A DNA stretch of 64,000 nucleotides. Origin: a virus. Position numbers and translations under genes: made by a program. This document shows positions 9,283-18,082 of the stretch, piece after piece (position 1 is the stretch's first letter; every line of letters starts with the position of its first letter). The notes beneath the pieces are model-generated. The model had not been told where the DNA came from, made no database searches, and saw nothing but the letters and a program-made list of their open reading frames with translations. Location of the stretch: positions 128,973-192,972 of the IMG/VR virus record IMGVR_UViG_3300036766_000359. The stretch is one strand, 5' to 3'.

Positions 9283-9517
9283 GAGACGCTCCTCGGGGTG
9301 TTAGTCGGCAATGAATGACCAACTTCCATTCATGACGTACTGACACCGTAAACGGGTTTACTTCAGATTTGTAGACCTTCTCGTACAAGCGTTCGGCTAG
9401 ACGTTGATTCTCAAGCTCGATCATACTCCATCGATTTACGAGACTCGAGAACGGTCGATACTCTATGGCATCCAATTCGCGCAATAATGCCAGTCCGTTT
9501 TTGCTTGGGTGGTACAT
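9251..9517 (-). CDS. hypothetical protein
   Basis: ORF track. Confidence 0.45.
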   Translation of the reverse strand: MYHPSKNGLALLRELDAIEYRPFSSLVNRWSMIELENQRLAERLYEKVYKSEVNPFTVSVRHEWKLVIHCRLTPRGASLAKETRKEDP

Positions 9518-9620
9518 GTGAGTTATGAAGGGTTGAGTCTATGCTCCGGGAGCAAAGATGACCGGATTGGCAGCCGAAATCACCTTACGGAGCACAGACT
9601 CAACCCTTCACATATACTTT

Positions 9621-9944
9621 CTAGATCACTGGCATCCACTCTTCGAATCGAAGCCTCACCGGGTTCTTCTTTCCTGCAGCTTCCCTCGCGTCGGGATCGC
9701 CGTAGATGTCCGGTTCAGCAGTCAGAACGAGACCACCCTTCATGCGGGCGCTTTTACCTTCGGGTTGCTCTGAGTCTTGCAACTCGATCGCGAACAACAC
9801 CGGTTCGTCCGACACGTAGTCCGGAATCTCAACCTTTTCGAATGTTGAGGTTGCCGTTTCTTTTGGTGGCTTACCATTCCACGTTCTGTGGGTACGCACG
9901 AGCCGAAATCCATCATCCGAGCTTGTCTCAACGTAAAAATGCAT
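9621..9944 (-). CDS. hypothetical protein
   Basis: promoter motif 9965-9989 (-), GGAGG RBS. Confidence 0.65.
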   Translation of the reverse strand: MHFYVETSSDDGFRLVRTHRTWNGKPPKETATSTFEKVEIPDYVSDEPVLFAIELQDSEQPEGKSARMKGGLVLTAEPDIYGDPDAREAAGKKNPVRLRFEEWMPVI

Positions 9945-10047
9945 CGGTTGCTCCCTCCACTATTGTACGCCGCGCAGCCGCTGATCTCCGCGTTCCCGCG
10001 TACATGCGCATACTGGCATATATGCGCGCGTCATATGGCAGTATTCG

Positions 10048-10305
10048 TCAGGTAGTTTGCTTCGTGAACTCGTCGGCACCAACATCGAGTGCCACTATCT
10101 CGTAACTCGACTCATCACCCACAATCCTTTGCTTAGACGCGTCTGGAAGCGTTCGTATCGCAAGCTCGAATTGATCAAGATGAACTTTACAGAGAGGGCA
10201 AAGTCGACCCGTCTTTTTCGGTCTTACGAATTTTACCACACTCTCATCACAGATCAGGGCGGTCGATAGACGATTCCGTTGTCCATGATGATGACACTTA
10301 GCCAT
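10048..10305 (-). CDS. hypothetical protein with CxxC
   Basis: CPLC. Confidence 0.45.
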   Translation of the reverse strand: MAKCHHHGQRNRLSTALICDESVVKFVRPKKTGRLCPLCKVHLDQFELAIRTLPDASKQRIVGDESSYEIVALDVGADEFTKQTT

Positions 10306-10585
10306 TGTTCAACCGTAGAAGAGCTTCCAAAACGCCGGGAGCGAGAATGATTTCAACATCTTCTTCAGAGTACAAATACTCTTCCTCGTTTGGCGTTGTT
10401 TTCTTTTTACAACAAATAAGTCGGGCTTCACCTTTGAGATTTCGTTGATGCTGAAGATGAACTTCAACGAAATCATCTACCGATTCACCAACTTCAATGC
10501 TTGCGGATGAAGCTTTCGGGTTTTTCGCCTTAAGTACGCTAACGATGATTTCGGTTGCGTTCTTCGTAACTCGACTCATCTTCAT
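10298..10585 (-). CDS. hypothetical protein
   Basis: ORF track. Confidence 0.55.
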   Translation of the reverse strand: MKMSRVTKNATEIIVSVLKAKNPKASSASIEVGESVDDFVEVHLQHQRNLKGEARLICCKKKTTPNEEEYLYSEEDVEIILAPGVLEALLRLNNG

Positions 10586-10780
10586 CTTCCTTACTTGTCC
10601 GGAGTTTACGAAGTCGTCAGCTTCGAGGAGAGAGCGGGGATTTCACCCGCGCACCAGCGCTATTGATGTTGATCAAGCACCCTAGTCAGCTGGTCGTGCA
10701 ACGATTCTGAGTTGTTGCAGGCCTATGGTTCGATGTTGCAACATCTTACCTTCCGACGATCCCTCCTCGAAACTGACGAC

Positions 10781-11194
10781 TTATCGTTTCTTCGCAGCCT
10801 TCGCAGCCTTCTTCGTTCGGTAGGCCATCTCCTTTTCGATAGCTGGACCAACCATCTTGCTCAAATAATACCCGAACTGCTCTTTGGCAACCGTGTTGTA
10901 GACCGTCGTATCATTGACGGACTCTCGTGCTGCGGTGTCAACCATCACTTGGATTTCATCCTTGTGTTGAGCAATCCAGGCGACGATCCCATCCCTAACG
11001 GAATCACGGTATAGGTTGCTATATCCGGAATCACCGCGAAAGTATTGAACAATGATGCGCTTCGTCTCTGCTTCGAGACCATCCCGAACACTTGCCTCAA
11101 TGATGGCTTTGATTTCACCCTGAACTTCAGGGCGCTCAAAGACTGTCTCCATGAATTTTGCTACGGCCAGCTCAACTTGTCCATTTCGAAACAT
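10781..11194 (-). CDS. hypothetical helical protein
   Basis: GGAGG RBS. Confidence 0.65.
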   Translation of the reverse strand: MFRNGQVELAVAKFMETVFERPEVQGEIKAIIEASVRDGLEAETKRIIVQYFRGDSGYSNLYRDSVRDGIVAWIAQHKDEIQVMVDTAARESVNDTTVYNTVAKEQFGYYLSKMVGPAIEKEMAYRTKKAAKAAKKR

Positions 11195-11434
11195 TTTTGT
11201 TATCCTCCGTCATGGCAATTCCACAGAGAAAATTTCAAAATCACTCGTGTCAGCTTCTGTAATTAGCCGCGTAGAAGATTGCATCTTTTCGACCGACTCT
11301 TTGGCCTGGTCTTCAGACTCTGCTTCTACGGTCACCGAGCCTGTAAAAGTTACACCGTAGTTGACGACGAACTTAGTCATTACTGTTATCCTCCGTCACT
11401 CGTACTGCGCCACGCCAGCGATTTACGCATTCGA

Positions 11435-11854
11435 CTACCTATCGTGGACTCCGCATATGACCCATTCAGCAAGAACTTCATCGAACATCCTCTTCCAATG
11501 TTCAAGATTGAGTTCTGACGCGTTCCCACGGCTCATTATTTGGATGATGTTGCTTTTGATCGCGGCTAACTTTCGAAGTCGGCGGTCTTCCTTCGCGTTT
11601 TCCGAATGGTCAACATCTTTACCCAGGACATTAACTGATTGGACAATTCCTCTCTGTCCTATCATCTGACGCGCTTGATTCCAGGCTGAGGGATCGAGAA
11701 GTTTCTTTCCGTGGTCGCAGCACAGACCAAATATGTCCTGGTACTTTCCTTCTTTTTCACGATAAGGATAAAGATTCTTATATGAGACTTCAACAAACAC
11801 CGTTGACTTTTTTCCGCAGACCTTACCTGCGCTCTTAAACACTGTGCAGTTCAT
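11435..11854 (-). CDS. hypothetical protein, tag variant (ICGVHDR)
   Basis: ORF in coupled run. Confidence 0.6.
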   Translation of the reverse strand: MNCTVFKSAGKVCGKKSTVFVEVSYKNLYPYREKEGKYQDIFGLCCDHGKKLLDPSAWNQARQMIGQRGIVQSVNVLGKDVDHSENAKEDRRLRKLAAIKSNIIQIMSRGNASELNLEHWKRMFDEVLAEWVICGVHDR

Positions 11855-11863
11855 CGTTTGAAC

Positions 11864-12280
11864 CTAGCTCGACATGATTGAGTCCGCGATTACCATCCCA
11901 CAGTTCGGGTTTACCTCGTGCTCAGTCATGGCCTCATTCCACGTGGATTCTCGGCTCATCTTCATCTGTCGAAAACACTTCTTGCAGATGGCTTCGACTT
12001 CGTCGTCCGCAAAGACGAGGGTAGACTTCAGTTCCCATTCATGGGTTTCATAACCCTCGGTCTTCGGAGAAGTCTCAGAATTCAGGTCGAGCCCTTTCTC
12101 CGCCAGCATGCCGTCAAGAATCGACATGAAGGGGTCTACGTCAACGTTCTCGGCCGCTTTCCCAATGAGGTGAGAAAGCGGGTCTGCTTCCTCTACAGGC
12201 TGCACTTCCGAACCGAGCATTTCATCTAGTTGGTTCTTCATCACGACTCCATAATTTTCAGGACCATTTGAGCTTGACAA
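11864..12280 (-). CDS. HxW..CxxC..C protein with tag (ADSIMSS)
   Basis: HEWELK...ICKKC...PNC. Confidence 0.6.
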   Translation of the reverse strand: MSSSNGPENYGVVMKNQLDEMLGSEVQPVEEADPLSHLIGKAAENVDVDPFMSILDGMLAEKGLDLNSETSPKTEGYETHEWELKSTLVFADDEVEAICKKCFRQMKMSRESTWNEAMTEHEVNPNCGMVIADSIMSS

Positions 12281-12426
12281 TCTGCCAGAATACCGATCTT
12301 GCGATAAAAGCTAGCACCGCGTGGTTTCATGGGACCATAATAATGGGTTTTACAATTCTTACATATCCACGCTGCAGTCTTCGCCTGGAAATTGAAATAA
12401 ACGTACTCCCATTCATGATTCTTCAT
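12241..12426 (-). CDS. HxW..CxxC..C small protein with tag (VLKIMES)
   Basis: NHEW...WICKNC...ADC. Confidence 0.65.
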   Translation of the reverse strand: MKNHEWEYVYFNFQAKTAAWICKNCKTHYYGPMKPRGASFYRKIGILADCQAQMVLKIMES

Positions 12427-12629
12427 GATTCCATCACTCCAGCAACCAGCATGGCGTTACAGTCTGCCGCATCTGGTGAAGTTTCAAAGAGGTTAAATGG
12501 CACAGCATTTTTGGTTTTATGGTCAAGTACGAGACGAATCCCGCAACGCTGACACTGGTATACGTAAGCGTCCCCCTCGTGGTACGGACCGCTAGGTTTT
12601 ATGTCCGGGAATGAATGCGAGTGTTTCAC
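12423..12629 (-). CDS. small CxxC protein with tag (VAGVMES)
   Basis: YQCQRCG...ADC; ATGA coupling. Confidence 0.65.
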   Translation of the reverse strand: MKHSHSFPDIKPSGPYHEGDAYVYQCQRCGIRLVLDHKTKNAVPFNLFETSPDAADCNAMLVAGVMES

Positions 12630-12769
12630 CCGAACATTTCCTGCGTGCGTCTCGCGTCCTTCTGACGCCTTGCGCGTCGGTCGCGCATCACGCCTCCTTT
12701 ACGCTTGGACATGAGCATCCCGAGCATCAGGGTATTGCGAACCTTGCACTTTTTTGATTTCTTCGCCAT
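12626..12769 (-). CDS. 47-aa highly basic peptide, copy 2
   Basis: MAKKSKKCKVRNTLMLGMLMSKRKGGVMRDRRARRQKDARRTQEMFG; promoter motif 12791-12815. Confidence 0.7.
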   Translation of the reverse strand: MAKKSKKCKVRNTLMLGMLMSKRKGGVMRDRRARRQKDARRTQEMFG

Positions 12770-12824
12770 GTTCGCTCCGTCCTTCCTGCTGTACCGAGGA
12801 GCGAGGCGAATTTACGCTTGCCCG

Positions 12825-13064
12825 TCATCGACGTTTCAGTTGTCTTGACCGACCTTCTTGGGTTAATATACTGGAAAGTCGTTTCATGGCCGATGATAAC
12901 TCTTCAAAGTCATCATGGTCCATCGAGTCAATCATTTTCCCGAACATGAGATCTAGCCTATTTTCTGAAATAAGCTTGAGGTTTCTTGCCACATACATGG
13001 ACCCTCGAATGGCTTCCGGTAAATTTATATCGTTTTGACTCTTCGCCCGTGTAAAATTTGACAT
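12825..13064 (-). CDS. hypothetical protein
   Basis: ORF track. Confidence 0.45.
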   Translation of the reverse strand: MSNFTRAKSQNDINLPEAIRGSMYVARNLKLISENRLDLMFGKMIDSMDHDDFEELSSAMKRLSSILTQEGRSRQLKRR

Positions 13065-13165
13065 ATCACCCCCATAAATTTACTTAAGTTTACAATGAAA
13101 AGCCGACACCACGCAAGCCGTAAGTTCGGCGCTGCGCTACGTACGAGTGGCGGAGGTAACGAAAC

Positions 13166-13822
13166 ATGGCACGAAAATCAGACGCAAAGACTTCTAGCTA
13201 CGACAGAATCTTCGACGCGATCACCCGGTCTCCTCGGTGGAGGTCGTACATGGAGTCAATCCGTACCGACTTCGAGAAAGTCGGCATACTTGAGTACACC
13301 TTTAACCACCACTCAGTATACGAGAATGCAACAAACACCAACTATGTTGTTGAGGCAAGCTTTCACATCGGACCTGTCTTGGATGTGAAAGTTTCCTTCG
13401 ACGAAGACTCCGCCCTGTTCGCTGATGCTGTCAGCGCAAACCAGATTGACTGGTCGATAAATAAGTTCTTTGCCGACGAAAAAAGGATGGACGGGGTCCT
13501 CGAGGGTCTCTTCGGTACCAAAGGGTACCCGACGTTCAACTGCACACTCGACAACGCCAAGAAGAAGTGGTCTGACTTCGCCAAGAAACGAATCTCTGAC
13601 GAACTTCATCCACTGAAGGATGCGTTCCATTTGCACGTCTCCGAACAGAAGGAAAGCATCATGGCTTCTGAAGGATTCATTAGGGACAAGCAACGCTACT
13701 ACGACCTTCTCGTCATAAACGACATTCGGGAAGTGGTCCAGAAGTTCTACAAGAAGGTCAGTCCTGAAGTCATCAAGGAAGCGTTGGACAACGTTATCGT
13801 CCACGACATATGTGACTCTTAG
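13166..13822 (+). CDS. hypothetical protein with tag variant (VHDICDS)
   Basis: promoter motif 13120-13144, GGAGG RBS. Confidence 0.7.
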   Translation: MARKSDAKTSSYDRIFDAITRSPRWRSYMESIRTDFEKVGILEYTFNHHSVYENATNTNYVVEASFHIGPVLDVKVSFDEDSALFADAVSANQIDWSINKFFADEKRMDGVLEGLFGTKGYPTFNCTLDNAKKKWSDFAKKRISDELHPLKDAFHLHVSEQKESIMASEGFIRDKQRYYDLLVINDIREVVQKFYKKVSPEVIKEALDNVIVHDICDS

Positions 13823-13974
13823 TCCTTTTTATAGGACCGTCAGTGTAAGGTGGTCATATTGAAACAATGGACGGAAGCACGGACTGATTCCACTCGTCGA
13901 ATCTTATCAGAAGAGGGTCCGTAACATCATTCGGTACGAGTGTCGAGCGTGCAGGAAGGCTTTCAGGACTCAAG

Positions 13975-14205
13975 ATGAAGTCAAATAATGCTTGCAAGGA
14001 CTGTGAAATCGCAGTCCAAGCCGCAATGAATGCATATGAACTGAATCCGAGTTCACGTGGACCATCTCCGTGGTGTCCTAAACACGAAGTCGAGCAGTTC
14101 GAACTAGTGGAAAAAATACGGAAGGCCTTCCAAAAATAACAGCACGCCAAAAGAAAAGAACTCACATGTTCTGATATGGTTGTCATGAAAGTCATGAAAA
14201 GTTAG
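13975..14205 (+). pseudogene. small CxxC ORF with in-frame TAA (14137-14139) before its C-terminal tag (VMKVMKS)
   Basis: hand translation; body resembles 15678-15887. Confidence 0.4.
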
Positions 14206-14223
14206 TTTTCTTTAGAGGATTTA

Positions 14224-14424
14224 ATGACGTCGCATTCTTGGCGAAAATGGCGTGACGATGGTGATGGGGTCATTATGCTAGACCACATCTGTGATAGATG
14301 TGGTATCGTAAAAGGTAATTTTATGTATTATAACATGCCCGAATCCAATCCGGTTTCTTTAATATCAGAAGACAGCGAACCCGACTGTGATTTGATGATT
14401 GTCAAAAGAATCATGGCCACCTGA
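14224..14424 (+). CDS. HxW..CxxC..C small protein with tag variant (VKRIMAT)
   Basis: SHSW...HICDRCG...PDC. Confidence 0.6.
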   Translation: MTSHSWRKWRDDGDGVIMLDHICDRCGIVKGNFMYYNMPESNPVSLISEDSEPDCDLMIVKRIMAT

Positions 14425-14469
14425 ACTGAGTGTATATTGTTTCCAAAGACAACTGGTACCGGACGGGTC

Positions 14470-14494
14470 GTAAGTCTGCGAGTTGTCGGCGTAC
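14470..14494 (+). promoter_or_regulatory. promoter-like motif upstream of AAA+ ATPase
   Basis: GTAAGT-N14-CGTAC. Confidence 0.7.
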
Positions 14495-14536
14495 GGGTGG
14501 GGAGGCAAGCGCGGTGCTTGCCACGGAGGTGACGAT

Positions 14537-15643
14537 ATGCTGACCGACGTTTTCGAGATCGAACAGGCAACCTACAAGCGGGTACTCTCGTTCAACATCC
14601 GCTCTGGCGGGAACGTGATCATCCTGGGCCAAGCTGGCACAGGCAAGACGGAGATCGCGCAAGCGGTCTGTGGAGAAGAAGGGTTTGAGTACATCTACTT
14701 GAACCTGTCCGTTCTGGAGGCACCTGACCTCGTCGGTTTGCCGATCATCGCGGCAAACAACACTGTTGACTACGCCAGCCCGAAGTTCCTTCCTCGGATG
14801 GACATCACCCCGAAGCCGATCGTCCTGATTGTCGATGAGATCGACAAAGCCAAGCCCGAGCTTCAGAACCCCTTGCTGGAGCTTTTCCAGTTCCATTCCA
14901 TCAACGGGACCAAGCTCAACATCAAGGCGATCATCGCCACGGGCAATCTGCCTGACGAGGGGGCGTTCAGCCAGCCCATCTCACACGCCCTCACCAACCG
15001 GTGCAAGGTGTACCGCCTGACGCACTCCTTCGAGGCGTGGCGCGAGTGGGCTCAAAACGACTCGCTCAACGCGCTGGTCATTGGCTTCCTGAGCAAGAAC
15101 CAGGAGTACCTCAGCCGAGCGGCGGTCGAGGGAGATCCCACGGCGTACTGTCGCTGCAGCCCGCGCTCTTGGGCAATGGCCGCCAACGACCTGGACAAGA
15201 CGTCCAGCCAAGACACGGTGGAGTTTCAGACACTCCTCGTCAGCGGTCGCGTCGGGATGGGCGCTGCGGTGAAATTCCGGGTGTGGCTCGACCACTATCG
15301 CCACGTGGAGCCCATCATCGAGAAGCTCGTCGAGAAGGGCGAGAAGCCTTCCATCAACGACATGTCGATCGATCGACAGCTCGTTTGCGCAATTGCCGCT
15401 GTGGCAGCCGTCGCCAACGAATGCAAGAGGGAGCTGAAAGGCGAGGAGCGCGTGAAGCAGGGCGAGCGCGTGACGAAGATTGCCAAGAACGTCTTCAGTT
15501 GGGTGAAGCTCCTCCCATCTGAGTTCCAGATTGGCGCGGTCAAGTCGGCACTCAACATGAAGATGATCCAGGAATTCAAGCTGACCAACGTTCAGGAAGT
15601 GATGGACACCTATCTCACGGTACGTAAGGCCATGAAGGACTGA
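14537..15643 (+). CDS. MoxR-like AAA+ ATPase (AAA_5 type)
   Basis: Walker A GQAGTGKT, Walker B LIVDEID, ATGN sensor, SPRSW motif; GGAGG RBS. Confidence 0.85.
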   Translation: MLTDVFEIEQATYKRVLSFNIRSGGNVIILGQAGTGKTEIAQAVCGEEGFEYIYLNLSVLEAPDLVGLPIIAANNTVDYASPKFLPRMDITPKPIVLIVDEIDKAKPELQNPLLELFQFHSINGTKLNIKAIIATGNLPDEGAFSQPISHALTNRCKVYRLTHSFEAWREWAQNDSLNALVIGFLSKNQEYLSRAAVEGDPTAYCRCSPRSWAMAANDLDKTSSQDTVEFQTLLVSGRVGMGAAVKFRVWLDHYRHVEPIIEKLVEKGEKPSINDMSIDRQLVCAIAAVAAVANECKRELKGEERVKQGERVTKIAKNVFSWVKLLPSEFQIGAVKSALNMKMIQEFKLTNVQEVMDTYLTVRKAMKD

Positions 15644-15677
15644 TTCTCCTTCGCTGAGAATCAGAGGGGACTGTCGG

Positions 15678-15887
15678 TTGAAATACTGGCAGTCCCCTCT
15701 CGATTATGTGGGTGATATGATAAAAATCCGTAACATAGCTTCGTGCCAAGACTGTAAGAAACTAACCGCTGCAGCAATGTCTGCATATGACAAAGCACCG
15801 GGTATAGTGCAAAAATCAATCTGTGATTATCATCAAGCTGCCATTCAAAGCGGGGTGAGTGAGCAGATTAAACTGATGAAGCGATAA
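15678..15887 (+). CDS. small CxxC protein
   Basis: SCQDC...ICDYH. Confidence 0.45.
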   Translation: MKYWQSPLDYVGDMIKIRNIASCQDCKKLTAAAMSAYDKAPGIVQKSICDYHQAAIQSGVSEQIKLMKR

Positions 15888-15941
15888 CTTAAGCTGCCGG
15901 AGTGGAGATCGGCGGGTTATCGGCGTACTGTGAGTGGACAA

Positions 15942-16448
15942 ATGAGCGTACGCACCCGAAAGATGAAGAAGGAGAAGCTGCGCAAGGTTGCGCACGGTAA
16001 GGACTACGAAAGTCTCTTGTCCGTGTTTTATCGATACAATATGTTTGACTCATGGGAACCGAATCAGTTCATGGAGTTCGTCCGTCTGTATCGCTATTTC
16101 CCGTGTGATAGCACAGGCAGCGCGTTCGTTAGTTCAGTTCAACGCGACCGCGAACAGTTTTGTCTTGATGATGTTTCTGAACGTCTCAAGGCACTGGTTC
16201 GTAGCAAGCGCTTTTTAGAAAAGTGTGGCTATTATTTGCCATTTGGCACCACCAACATCATGTACATCGTTGATTCGTGGAACGTGATGGATCTCATGAA
16301 GTTGGTGACTTTCTGTCAAAAAAGCCGTGATGCTAATTCCGTGTTAGCATTGATCCGTTCGGTACAAATTTTTGGACACAAAATTCGCTTCCAGGAAGTA
16401 AAAGCGGCCATGGGTATGATCAAGATTCAAAAGATCATGGAATCATGA
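15942..16448 (+). CDS. hypothetical protein with tag (IQKIMES)
   Basis: promoter motif 15904-15928. Confidence 0.65.
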   Translation: MSVRTRKMKKEKLRKVAHGKDYESLLSVFYRYNMFDSWEPNQFMEFVRLYRYFPCDSTGSAFVSSVQRDREQFCLDDVSERLKALVRSKRFLEKCGYYLPFGTTNIMYIVDSWNVMDLMKLVTFCQKSRDANSVLALIRSVQIFGHKIRFQEVKAAMGMIKIQKIMES

Positions 16449-16633
16449 AACCACATAATTGGGTCAAAGCTCGTACTCGTAGTCTCAAGGTTGACGGTTT
16501 CGCCGGTATCTATTACCGGCGATGTACTGAGTGTGGAATCGAAGTTTCATACGATGATGATGGTAAATGGCCGTTTGAACCTTATAATGATGACTGCGAC
16601 GAGCAGATCCTTCGGGTAATACATGAGTCATAA
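16445..16633 (+). CDS. HxW..CxxC..C small protein with tag (LRVIHES)
   Basis: PHNW...RCTECG...DDC. Confidence 0.65.
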   Translation: MKPHNWVKARTRSLKVDGFAGIYYRRCTECGIEVSYDDDGKWPFEPYNDDCDEQILRVIHES

Positions 16634-16967
16634 ATCCGCAGATATGGTGACTTATTCACCAAAGGGTCACAAGGATATTTATACACACTGCACTCATGCA
16701 GATGCTTTGAAGTATAACAGAAGATACGTTGAATCAATGAGTACTGTGACTATTCTTGGTTATTGGGATGATTTCATCTGCCCATCATACGATATTTTCA
16801 GAGAAGACGGAGTTTCACACTTGAAAAGTGATGAAGGAAACTGGGATGTTTTCTTTAGTAAAATGTACATTTGTCGTATGTCTTCCAGGGATAAAGCCAT
16901 TCAGTCGTTAGCAGCTCTTCGGCATGACCCGAGTCTGGTCGTCATTTTTCAGACTCATGAGTCGTAG
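16623..16967 (+). CDS. hypothetical protein with tag (IFQTHES)
   Basis: coupled ORF. Confidence 0.6.
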   Translation: MSHKSADMVTYSPKGHKDIYTHCTHADALKYNRRYVESMSTVTILGYWDDFICPSYDIFREDGVSHLKSDEGNWDVFFSKMYICRMSSRDKAIQSLAALRHDPSLVVIFQTHES

Positions 16968-17230
16968 CTTTCATGTTGTCACGCGTACGGGAGGCGGATA
17001 GATGAAGGAGGTCATGAAGTGAAGCTCTATGGCTCAAAGCGCAAGTCTTGTCAGACGTGCAAATATGGGTGCTGCGGATCCAAGGAAGCGAAGCTCCACC
17101 GGTTCGCGGGTGCGGGTGCCGTGCGGAAGGCAGCCCGTCACCGGGCGCGGCGGAAGGCACGGGAGGAAGCGACGCAGGAGGCGACAGAGTGAGCCGGAAT
17201 CTGGCCATCGACTGGTTCTGGCCAGTCGAA

Positions 17231-17428
17231 ATGACTAAACTTGAGTCGCGTGATGCCCGTGTGCGTGAGGCACAAGACCCAAATACGCCTGTCAGCGACC
17301 TCATACTGTTGTCTAATGATAACGAACCGGGCATCCGTTGGGCGATATCAGAAAACCCGAGTACCCCTCCAGAAATTAAGGCCTACTTAAAAGCACTTGA
17401 AATTGCATACGACGTGATGGAGAGTTAG
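17231..17428 (+). CDS. short LRV/HEAT-like repeat protein with tag (AYDVMES)
   Basis: DPNTPVSDLILLSNDNEPGIRWAISENPSTPPE repeat. Confidence 0.65.
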   Translation: MTKLESRDARVREAQDPNTPVSDLILLSNDNEPGIRWAISENPSTPPEIKAYLKALEIAYDVMES

Positions 17429-17528
17429 TGCAGGACCGCAAGTGTCGAGTTGTCGCACGTACGGGGCGGGAATGCTGGACAAGAAACCACGACTGACACG
17501 AGCGAGTGGACGTGTGGTGTGTCATCAC

Positions 17529-17864
17529 ATGGCCAAAACATTCGCGAGCGTCCTGTCGCGTTCACCCAACGTGCAAGTCGAGGTACTTGACGACGGTAGC
17601 AATCCTGAACTTCACACGTTCAACAAACCAAAGCTTCGAATCACCCATCGAGATATTACTTATTTCATGAGAGTGACTTCACGTACAGACAAGGTGTTCA
17701 TATACGTCGAAGATGCCGCTGAACCCGACAACCCAGGTTTTCCTGGAGAAATTTTTTTCAAGTATACAACCTCAGCGATTCAGCCGGGGAAAATTCGTAA
17801 AAATGCCCTTATTTTACTTAAGAAAATGGAGCACCGATTCATTTTCGAAATAATGAATGCTTAG
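17529..17864 (+). CDS. hypothetical protein, tag variant (IFEIMNA)
   Basis: promoter motif 17438-17462. Confidence 0.55.
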   Translation: MAKTFASVLSRSPNVQVEVLDDGSNPELHTFNKPKLRITHRDITYFMRVTSRTDKVFIYVEDAAEPDNPGFPGEIFFKYTTSAIQPGKIRKNALILLKKMEHRFIFEIMNA

Positions 17865-18082
17865 TGTATAATTTTGAAGTACGGAGGTATACGTGACATG
17901 AATTAGTCAATCTAATTGATTATCCCTCCTCGGGTCCATAGAGGCGTTCCGGAACAGGTGCACGTGAAACTGAAATGGCGACAACCTGTCTAGTTCGATA
18001 AGCAAATATATTATCTTGAAATTTCAGTTCTGCTCCGCAGATCCGACGGTCGCGTGCGTACCCGTGGTGGAGGCAACAAAAC

